From contig OZ242296.1 of the NCBI GenBank assembly GCA_965207735.1, positions 3,648,001 to 3,712,000 of the forward strand: DNA of 64,000 nucleotides, read 5' to 3'. The notes beneath the pieces are model-generated. The model was not told the DNA's origin and made no database searches. It saw only the letters and a list, made by a program, of their open reading frames with translations. A program made the translations under genes and the position numbers. Below are positions 55,628 to 64,000 of this stretch, one piece after another. Origin of the DNA: Candidatus Versatilivorator sp. (GTDB taxonomy: Bacteria; Acidobacteriota; Terriglobia; Versatilivoradales; Versatilivoraceae). Numbering within the stretch: position 1 is the first letter of the stretch; every line of letters begins with the position of its first letter.

Positions 55628-58600
55628 TCACCCTCCCCCGCCCAGCCTGGCCACGATCTCCTGATAGTGGCTTCGTACGCGGCCGGTGGTCGCCAGGTAG
55701 TGTTCGGCGAAGGCCTCCGCGGATTGGCAGTAAGGAGCCTTGGGTTCCCCCAGCAGGAGAATCAGCTTCCGGAGATGCTTCGGGTCGCGAGAGATCGTAG
55801 AGACGCCGTCGATGGCTGCGATACGGAGGCTGTTTTCCAGACGGCGCAGGAACCGGTAGCCCTCCGACAGGTCCCGAACCGCACCCTTGCCCAGGAGTCC
55901 CCGTCTTTCCAGGCGAGCCATGGCCGTGAGTGTGTGAGGGTTGCGGAGTTCCGGATACTCTCCTCCGTACTTGAGCTGCAACAACTGAGTGGCGAATTCC
56001 ACATCCTGCAAGCCTCCGGCCCCGGCTTTCAAATGGAAGCGGGCTAGTTGGGACTCTCTGCCCAACTCTATTTCCATGCGACGCCGGAGGTGAGCGATCT
56101 GGGAGGCTTCCTCCGGCCTCAATTCCGGCTGATAGACGAATCCGTCGATCATGGCTCCGATCTGCCGACGTAGGCGGCGTCCGCCCGAAATGAAACGGTG
56201 GCGGGACAGCGCCAGGCGCTCCCAGGCTTCCGCCCGTGTTGCCAGGTATTCCCGGTAACGGGATGCCGGTGTGACCAATTCTCCCTTGCCGCCCATGGGC
56301 CGTAGCCGGGTGTCGATGCGATAAATGGTTCCCTCGCCCTGCGACACCGAGAGGATCTCGTCGAGGCGTTCGACCAGACGGACACAGCGTCGCTGGCTCT
56401 CCCAGGCTGCCGCGGCATCCTGGTCGGCATAGAGGTAGACCAGGTCCAGGTCGGAGTGGTAGCTGAGGTCGTTGCCTCCCAGCTTTCCCAGGGCCACTAT
56501 GGCGACCTGCTCGCGCGCCCAGCCGGTGAAGCCCGGTCCGAAGCGGTCTTCCAGGCTTTCACAGGCCAAATCGAAGGCCGCCAGCAGGCAGCACTCCGCC
56601 AGGCCGGCCATCTGCTTCCCGACCTGGTCCCGACTCAACTCGCCCAACACGTCCTTCATTCCGATTCGAAACATTTCGGTTTGCTGGTAGCGTTTCAGAC
56701 GCCCGCGCTTTTCCCGGTCATTGCCGCCTTCCCGGAGCAGGGGGGCCAACTCGTGCGAGAAGCGCGAGAGTGTCTTCTGCCGCTTCAACTCGTCGGGGCG
56801 AACCAGGGTGTCGAAGAACTCGGGCCGTCGGCAGAGGAATTCCGAAAGAAATCGGCTGGAGGAGAGCAGTCTCACGAGTCGGGCCAGAACTGCCGGGGAC
56901 TCGTTCAGCAACCCGTAGAGAGAATCCCGATCGCCCAGGGCGTCGGCGAAACTCTCAAATGCAGAAAGGCCGGCGTCGGGGTCGGGGCTGGACTGCAAAC
57001 GGCTCAGCAGTCCGGGCATCAGGTTGGCCAGCAGGTTGCGCATGCGAGAAGGGGCATGCGCGAAGGAGGGGGCATCCCGCAACAGGGTGATCTGGTGGTA
57101 AGCGGTTCTCAGGTCGGCAAATCCGCGGGCGGCAAGCATGTCGTGGGCCTCCTGTTCCGGAAGTCCCGGATGGAGCACCAGCGCCGCTTCCCTGATCTCG
57201 ACTCCGGCAGTGCCTTCCCGCCGCCAGGCCACCAGGTCTTCAAACATGCGGTGCACCTGCGCCGTGTGACGGGCGTAGGTTTGCCGGAACCTGTCCAGGG
57301 TTTCCGCGACAGTGGAGCCGGCAATCCCCATCCGACGGGCGCACTTGTAGAGGTCCTCTTCTTTCTCCGGCAATTCGTGGGTCTGGAAATGAGAGACCAT
57401 CTGAAGCTTGTGCTCCAGGTCGCGCAGAAACTCGTAGGCTTCCTGCAGACTGCGATGTTCCCTGGCGTCGAGGAATCGAGCCCGGTGCAGCGCCTCCAGG
57501 GCGCGCGCCGTCTGCGCCTGCTGCAGGTTCGGATGCCGGCCCCCATAGATGAGTTGGAGTGCCTGGACGAAGAATTCGACTTCGCGAATGCCGCCCTCTC
57601 CCAGCTTGACGTGCCGTCCCTGTTTGCCCGTTGAACCCAGCTTGGCGTTGATGCGGTTCTTGACCTCCTCAAGCTCCTCCAGAGAGGCAAAATCCAGGAA
57701 CTTGCGATAGATGAAGGGTCGAAAGGTCTCGCAGAAGGTCTTCCCCAGTTCCCTGGATCCGCCCACCGGCCGGGCCTTGATCAAGGCCAGTCGTTCGAAG
57801 GTTTCCCCCCAACTGCCATAGTAGTTCCGAAAGTCGGTCAATGAGGCTGCGATGTTGCCGGCGCCGCCTTCGGGCCGCAGCCTTAAATCCACCCGATAAA
57901 AGGCTCCTTCATCGGTCGACTCCGACAGGGCTTGGGTGATCATGCGAGCCAGCTTGGTAAAGAAGTCGCGATTTGAAAGGATCTCTGGAGGCCTGCTTGA
58001 AATAGGTGCTTTGGAGTCGGCCCACACGCCGCCGGTGTGGCCCTCCTCCCCGTCGTAGCAGAAGATCAGATCGATATCGGAGCTGTAGTTGAGTTCCTCG
58101 CCTCCCAGCTTGCCCATTCCAAGTACGGTAAAGCGGGCCTCTCTCATAGTGCGCCGGCCATCGGATGTTTGGGGAACTCCGTAACGACTCGCCAGCCGGG
58201 CCCGGCAAATCTCGTAGACACGGTCAATGACCGACTCGGCCAGACGCGACAGTTCCGTGGTGGTGTCCCCCACGTCGATGATTCTCAGAAGATCGCGCGC
58301 GCTGATGCGCAACATCTCCCGGCGCTTGAAGCGGGCCAGGCTCCTCAATTGATCCTCTTCGTCCCAGCTCCGGGCGATAGCCTGACGGGCCCCCTCGTTA
58401 TAGGAGGCCAGGGACTTGGGCCAGGGCGCGCCCAGCTCGTTCAGCAGCCAATAGAAGGTCTCCGGGTCGCGAATGATGATTTCGGAGACGTAGCTGGATG
58501 AGCCGCAGATCAGGACCAGGGCCTCGAGGGCCTCGGCGGTGTCGCCCAGGAAGCCCAGGAAGTTCACGGGGTGGCTGACCACCCCCAGCAGGCGTTCGAA

Positions 58601-58816
58601 GTGGTTGAGCGCTCCGTCGGGGTCGGGTGTTTCCCGGGCCACCTCCAGCAACTTGTCCACCATGCGGGCCAGGGCCAGCCGGGTAGTTACGTCCTCCGCC
58701 ATCAGTTGAAGATTACGGTCGGCGGCTCCGGGGTCCGCGAATCCAAATCGGGCGAGGAATTCCGCTACCTCTTCCGCGGAAAGTTCGGGCGCCAGCAGCA
58801 GGTCTTCGGGCTTCAT
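55628..58816 (-). CDS. glnE: glutamine synthetase adenylyltransferase / deadenylase
   Basis: Two nucleotidyltransferase motifs GKLGGEELNYSSDIDL and GKLGGNDLSYHSDLDL; VDLRLRPEG; GGIREVEF. Confidence 0.95.
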   Translation of the reverse strand: MKPEDLLLAPELSAEEVAEFLARFGFADPGAADRNLQLMAEDVTTRLALARMVDKLLEVARETPDPDGALNHFERLLGVVSHPVNFLGFLGDTAEALEALVLICGSSSYVSEIIIRDPETFYWLLNELGAPWPKSLASYNEGARQAIARSWDEEDQLRSLARFKRREMLRISARDLLRIIDVGDTTTELSRLAESVIDRVYEICRARLASRYGVPQTSDGRRTMREARFTVLGMGKLGGEELNYSSDIDLIFCYDGEEGHTGGVWADSKAPISSRPPEILSNRDFFTKLARMITQALSESTDEGAFYRVDLRLRPEGGAGNIAASLTDFRNYYGSWGETFERLALIKARPVGGSRELGKTFCETFRPFIYRKFLDFASLEELEEVKNRINAKLGSTGKQGRHVKLGEGGIREVEFFVQALQLIYGGRHPNLQQAQTARALEALHRARFLDAREHRSLQEAYEFLRDLEHKLQMVSHFQTHELPEKEEDLYKCARRMGIAGSTVAETLDRFRQTYARHTAQVHRMFEDLVAWRREGTAGVEIREAALVLHPGLPEQEAHDMLAARGFADLRTAYHQITLLRDAPSFAHAPSRMRNLLANLMPGLLSRLQSSPDPDAGLSAFESFADALGDRDSLYGLLNESPAVLARLVRLLSSSRFLSEFLCRRPEFFDTLVRPDELKRQKTLSRFSHELAPLLREGGNDREKRGRLKRYQQTEMFRIGMKDVLGELSRDQVGKQMAGLAECCLLAAFDLACESLEDRFGPGFTGWAREQVAIVALGKLGGNDLSYHSDLDLVYLYADQDAAAAWESQRRCVRLVERLDEILSVSQGEGTIYRIDTRLRPMGGKGELVTPASRYREYLATRAEAWERLALSRHRFISGGRRLRRQIGAMIDGFVYQPELRPEEASQIAHLRRRMEIELGRESQLARFHLKAGAGGLQDVEFATQLLQLKYGGEYPELRNPHTLTAMARLERRGLLGKGAVRDLSEGYRFLRRLENSLRIAAIDGVSTISRDPKHLRKLILLLGEPKAPYCQSAEAFAEHYLATTGRVRSHYQEIVARLGGGG

Positions 58817-58895
58817 GGGTCAGGTGATTTCACTACTAGAGGAGCGGTTGGGATCTTAACTCGCATTTCTGTCCAACGGTAGGAGAAGTCGGTGC

Positions 58896-58932
58896 TCAAA
58901 AAGAGTAATCCACGAAGGGCCGCGAAGACACA
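58896..58932 (+). repeat. repeat family A, short remnant
   Basis: aaaaagagtaatccacgaagggccgcgaagacac. Confidence 0.7.
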
Positions 58933-59150
58933 TGGAATCCCTTCAACGACAGACGGCACCCAGATGCTTCTGAAAATTTGTTCCTTTGGTGTCACTATGT
59001 CATGGGATAAAGCCCTTTGGGAAACTTCCCTTTGCCAATGGGCCTGCCCCCGCCACCCTACCCCGGGGTGAATCAAACGAGGGGAAACAACAAATCTTCC
59101 CGGCCTATCGGGAACAAGGACCCTGCCAGGTTGATTCGGAATTTCGGATT

Positions 59151-59440
59151 ATTGAACATGGATACACAGGATGCACAGGATTAACACAACGAGAGGCCGC
59201 CGCACGGGAAGCTGACTGGGAATCGGGGCGTTGGGCACGGCCAAGGCCCGCCACGGGGAAGATCAATCGAGAAGGACTAAGAATTGAACATGGATGCACA
59301 GGATGCACAGGATTGACAGGAAGAGAGCTTCCTGCACCAGAAGCCAACTCGGGCGATGATCCGGTGCGGATTTGCGGATTCCCGGCAGTAGAAGCCAGCC
59401 GTTTCCTGAAGAATCCTGTCCATCCTGTGCATCGATGTTA
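59151..59440 (-). repeat. repeat family B, inverted relative to 24152-24425
   Basis: Two attgaacatggat(a/g)cacaggatgcacaggatt heads, an inverted aatcctgtccatcctgtgcatcgatgt tail, and conserved spacers (ctgggaatcggggcgttgggcac..ccaaggcccgccacggggaagatcaatcgagaaggact). Confidence 0.92.
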
Positions 59441-59504
59441 ATGATCTCTTTAAATCACGATGGGGTCGGAAGCCCCTCCACTGGCTCCGCCGCGGTCCTT
59501 GTTG

Positions 59505-59840
59505 CTTCTTCGCGGACAAATCCTCTTTGTCCCTTGTGTCCTTCGTTGTCCTTCGTGTGTCTTCGTGGATCACTCTTTTTCGGTTGTTTCAGACAAGCCG
59601 GGCCCCCGCCCTGCCGTGCGGATCATACATAGAGTGAAACAATCGGAAATCGATCAACCCTTCGCGAACGTGGTACCCCGTCGCGGCCAACCTCAGCGCC
59701 TTAGTGCCCCTTCGTCGTTCTTCGTGTCCCTTCGTGGATAAATCTTTTTCTTTTGTCTCTTGTCGGTTGTTTCAGGCAAGCTGAGCCCCTGCCCTGTCGG
59801 GCAGATCATCCGAGCGTGAAACAGGGTTGTTTCAGGCAAG
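59505..59840 (-). repeat. repeat family A array: collapsed unit, full unit and partial unit
   Basis: Reverse complement of the 15.1-15.6 kb units, including the collapsed tgaaacagggttgtttca at about 59817-59834. Confidence 0.93.
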
Positions 59841-59939
59841 TTGCCAAGCACGCCCATCCTGCAGCCGAGGTGACGGACCACTGCCTGCTGTGGTAGTATT
59901 CGAACGGTTTTGCAGGGAGCGTCAGGTGGCAGAAGTGTG

Positions 59940-60497
59940 ATGAGTATAATGGGACCCATTGAAAAAGAAGAACTTATGAGTTCCGACCAGATCGCGCGCA
60001 CCATTCGCCGGCTGGCGCGGGAGATTCTCGGCCACAATCGGGGTCAGCATGGATTGGCTCTGGTTGGGATCCGCCGCCGCGGCGTGCCGCTGGCGGAACG
60101 TCTGGCCAGGGCTCTATGGGAAATACAGGCCGTCAGGGTTCCGGTCGGACATCTGGATATCAATCTCTACCGAGATGACCTGTCCACGGTAGCCACCCAG
60201 CCGATCGTACAGAGCAGCGAAATCGATTTCCCGTTGAGCCAGAAGATCGTGGTGCTGGTGGACGATGTCCTGTTCACCGGGCGCACCGTGCGGGCCGCCA
60301 TGGACGCTTTGGTGGACTACGGCAGGCCCAAGGCCATTCAGCTCTGCGTCCTGATCGATCGGGGGCATCGAGAACTGCCGATCCAGGCTCACTTCGTGGG
60401 TAAGGCGGTCGAGACCGACGCGGTGGAGATGGTGGAGGTGCGGTTGAACGAGATCGATTGTAGAGAAGGTGTCCTGCTGGTTGAACCTGCTTCATGA
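59940..60497 (+). CDS. pyrR: pyrimidine regulatory protein / uracil PRTase-like
   Basis: [42 protein letters not shown]; start uncertain. Confidence 0.95.
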   Translation: MSIMGPIEKEELMSSDQIARTIRRLAREILGHNRGQHGLALVGIRRRGVPLAERLARALWEIQAVRVPVGHLDINLYRDDLSTVATQPIVQSSEIDFPLSQKIVVLVDDVLFTGRTVRAAMDALVDYGRPKAIQLCVLIDRGHRELPIQAHFVGKAVETDAVEMVEVRLNEIDCREGVLLVEPAS

Positions 60498-60559
60498 GCC
60501 CTGAAGCCATTGCCCCAGAGTCCGGAGCATCCACCCCATTCACCTCGCGGGGAGGCCCG

Positions 60560-61522
<963 letters not shown>

Positions 61523-61545
61523 ATTCCAGCTTGGAGGAGTCTCGA

Positions 61546-62847
61546 GTGGCATCGCTGCTGGTTAGAAACGGAAGAGTTCTGGATCCGGCCCAGGAGTTGG
61601 ACGGGATCAGCGACGTCCTGTTGGAGGATGGCAGGGTCACCCGTATTGCCCGCGGCCTGCAAGCCCCCGGAAGCACCGTGCTGGATGCCTCCGGGCTGAT
61701 CGTGGCTCCGGGTTTGATCGATATCCACGTGCACCTGAGGGAGCCCGGCAGGGAGGACGAAGAGACCATCCAGTCCGGCTCCGAGGCGGCAGCGGTCGGC
61801 GGCTTCACCTCCATCTGCTGCATGCCCAACACCGATCCCGTCAACGACAATCCGGCGGTCACCAGTTTCATCCTCAAGGAGGCTGAGCGGGGAGCCTTGA
61901 CCCGGGTGTTTCCGATAGGAGCCATCAGCGTGGGCAGCGCCGGAGAGCGCCTGGCGGAAATTGGAGAAATGGTCAACGCGGGAGCCATCGGCATCAGTGA
62001 CGACGGCAAGGGCGTGATGGACGGGCAACTCATGCGTCGGGCAATGGAATATTCGCTGCCCTTCAAGATCCCCCTCATCGAACACTGCGAAGATCTCAAC
62101 CTCTCGGCCCGCGGCTGCATGAACGAGGGGTCCCAGTCCACGGTTCTGGGCTTGAAGGGCATGAGCCGCACGGCCGAAGACGCCATGGCGGCGCGAGACA
62201 TCATGCTGGCCGAATTGACCGGCGCTCACATACACATCGCCCATCTTTCCACCCGTGGAGCGGCTGATCTGGTACGGCAGGGGAAAAGGAAGGGCATCCA
62301 TGTCACCTGCGAAGTCTGCCCCCACCATTTCACCCTCAGCGATGCTGCTTGCCGCGACTACGACACCAACACCAAGATGAGTCCTCCCCTGAGAACCGAG
62401 GACGATATCGAGGCCTTGCTGGAAGCCATCGTCGACGGCACGGTGGACTGCATCGTCACCGACCACGCTCCCCACAATCCCAATGAAAAGATGCTGGAAT
62501 TCGACCGGGCCCCCTTCGGGATCATCGGCCTCGAGACTGCGCTCGGCCTGGTCCTGACCCACCTCTACCATCCTGGTCTCATCAGTCTCCGTCGCGTGGT
62601 GGAGCTCATGAGCACCCAGCCTGCCCAACTGATCAACCAGCCGCTCGGCCATCTGAAAGCAGGAACCGCGGCCGACCTGACCTTGTTCGACCCGGACGCG
62701 GAATGGATCTATGACCTCGGACAGACCAAGTCCAAGAGCCGCAATTCCCCATTCCACGGTACCGCCCTCAAAGGGCGGGTAGCCGCCACCATCGTAGCGG
62801 GTAAGATCGTCTATCGGAGTCCGGAGTACTTCAAGGGTTCTGCTTGA
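61546..62847 (+). CDS. pyrC: dihydroorotase
   Basis: DIHVHLREPG, MPNT, HIAHLST, KMSPPLR, TDHAPH, GIIGLET. Confidence 0.95.
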   Translation: MASLLVRNGRVLDPAQELDGISDVLLEDGRVTRIARGLQAPGSTVLDASGLIVAPGLIDIHVHLREPGREDEETIQSGSEAAAVGGFTSICCMPNTDPVNDNPAVTSFILKEAERGALTRVFPIGAISVGSAGERLAEIGEMVNAGAIGISDDGKGVMDGQLMRRAMEYSLPFKIPLIEHCEDLNLSARGCMNEGSQSTVLGLKGMSRTAEDAMAARDIMLAELTGAHIHIAHLSTRGAADLVRQGKRKGIHVTCEVCPHHFTLSDAACRDYDTNTKMSPPLRTEDDIEALLEAIVDGTVDCIVTDHAPHNPNEKMLEFDRAPFGIIGLETALGLVLTHLYHPGLISLRRVVELMSTQPAQLINQPLGHLKAGTAADLTLFDPDAEWIYDLGQTKSKSRNSPFHGTALKGRVAATIVAGKIVYRSPEYFKGSA

Positions 62848-63109
62848 ACTTCTCGAGGCATTCCGAGGAGCAGAAGTATCGGGTTTCTCCGCGGAAGGAG
62901 TGGCGCAAGGCGGAGTCGGTGTCGACATAGGTGCCGCAGACGGGATCCTTCTCCATGGTGCCTTGCTTGACTGTCGACCCGCGGGAGCGGGAGGGTCCGG
63001 GGTTCTCGAAGTTGGAGGGCGCCCGCATGGGAGCCAGGAGCGCCCGCAGCACCCCGCGGACAAACATCAGCAGGGCCAGGAGAATGGCGAAGTAAAACAT
63101 CCATTTCAT
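62831..63109 (-). CDS. YHS-domain membrane-anchored protein
   Basis: N-terminal TM; KDPVCGTYV..YFCSSECLEKF. Confidence 0.85.
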   Translation of the reverse strand: MKWMFYFAILLALLMFVRGVLRALLAPMRAPSNFENPGPSRSRGSTVKQGTMEKDPVCGTYVDTDSALRHSFRGETRYFCSSECLEKFKQNP

Positions 63110-63149
63110 GACCGATCCTCACCCCCTGATGTTTGCATCCATAGCCATG

Positions 63150-63177
63150 AGTCTACCATCGATTCCATGGGCGTCAA
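63150..63177 (-). promoter_or_regulatory. sigma70-like promoter of the YHS gene
   Basis: Minus strand TTGACG-16 bp-TAGACT with extended TG. Confidence 0.45.
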
Positions 63178-63240
63178 GCGGGTGGCGGGGCCGCCCGGGG
63201 GCCCACCGGCAGGTGCTGCGGGACACGCCGGGACGGTGGT

Positions 63241-64000
63241 TCAAAAGAGTTGGTGGCCCTTCAAATCCAGCCGTTGCGCCTGGTGCATGAGCACCGCGTT
63301 CATCAGCTCGATAGCCAGCCTCGATTCCAGTGTGATCCCGGCACGGACGCCGACACAAGGGTCATGGCGTCCCATCTTGAGCTTGAACTCGATCTCTTCC
63401 AGGTTTTTGCGGACAGACTGCTGGGGAAGCAGAATAGAGGAGGTCGGTTTGAATCCCACCCGGCAGATCAAGGGACTGCCGGTGGTCACTCCACCCAGCA
63501 ATCCCCCGTGGCGGTCGCCCTGATAGCCCGTACGCCGGATGGGGTCGTTGTTCTCACTGCCACGGCGCTCGACGGCTGCCGAGCCCGCGCCGATCTCGCA
63601 CGACTGAACCGCGTGCAATCCCCCCAACGTGCCCATCAAGCGCAGTTTCAGGCTCTGGTAGAGGGGCTCCCCGACCAGCGGAGGCGGGTTGACCGCCGCC
63701 ACCTCGATCGATGCTCCCAAAGAGTCTCCCTTCTTGCGAATTTCTCTGATGGCTTCGGCGGACCGTTCGGCAAAGTCAGGGTCGAGCGTGTGGATCTCGG
63801 AACGCTCCAGGGATGCTTCCAGGCGTTCCAGGGCGTCCGGCGGACACCGGCGGGAGCCGGGTTCCTGCAAGTCTTCGAGTCGATCGGCCAAGGTCAGTGG
63901 GCTTTTCAACGGTCCCACCTGGCAGATGGAAGACAGGATCACCGTCTGGAAATGTTCCCGCAGAAATATCCGAGCGATGGAGCCGGCGATTACATCGGAG
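63241..64000 (-). CDS. aroC: chorismate synthase (5' end outside the window)
   Basis: GDSLG, GSENND, GGLLGG, FKPTSSI, GRHDPCV. Confidence 0.93.
   Translation of the reverse strand, partial: SDVIAGSIARIFLREHFQTVILSSICQVGPLKSPLTLADRLEDLQEPGSRRCPPDALERLEASLERSEIHTLDPDFAERSAEAIREIRKKGDSLGASIEVAAVNPPPLVGEPLYQSLKLRLMGTLGGLHAVQSCEIGAGSAAVERRGSENNDPIRRTGYQGDRHGGLLGGVTTGSPLICRVGFKPTSSILLPQQSVRKNLEEIEFKLKMGRHDPCVGVRAGITLESRLAIELMNAVLMHQAQRLDLKGHQLF

Noticed and set aside
59840-59940. PyrR-binding attenuator upstream of pyrR
   Set aside because: No ARUCCNGNGAGGYU loop or terminator hairpin with U-tract
58813-60037. Short ORFs in the glnE-pyrR intergenic region (also 15541-15798, 19329-19541, 24305-24562)
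   Set aside because: They are translations of repeat families A and B, without RBS support

Overview
GC-rich bacterial chromosomal window, most consistent with an Acidobacteriota-like organism (inference from gene content and order). It is mostly core metabolism. 0.4-15.2 kb is one long co-directional respiratory cluster: Rieske, split cytochrome b6/subunit IV, an 8-CxxCH cytochrome c, a cupredoxin-like lipoprotein, heme A/O synthases, an A1-type aa3 oxidase with split subunit III, and accessory genes. It is followed by a ferredoxin, uvrC, folB, an NDP-sugar synthase, ribD-ribE-ribB(A), ftsY, gltBD, thyX, rqcH, maf, gatCA, a Cld/ChdC-family gene at the end of a variant cytochrome c maturation operon (CcmE with CxxxY), vapBC, an MFS transporter, glnD-PII-glnE, pyrR-pyrB-pyrC and a partial aroC. 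The most notable hidden feature is a gene the ORF track splits: 36549-37955 reads through an in-frame TGA (CGU motif) followed by a SECIS-like hairpin, predicting a secreted selenoprotein made of a degenerate UshA-like domain, a His-rich linker and a tetraheme cytochrome c. Intergenic regions carry at least three families of modular REP/REPIN/MITE-like repeats; one has a variable number of 10-bp-period units and supplies the C-terminus and stop codon of two genes. No rRNA, tRNA, CRISPR array or transposase was recognised.
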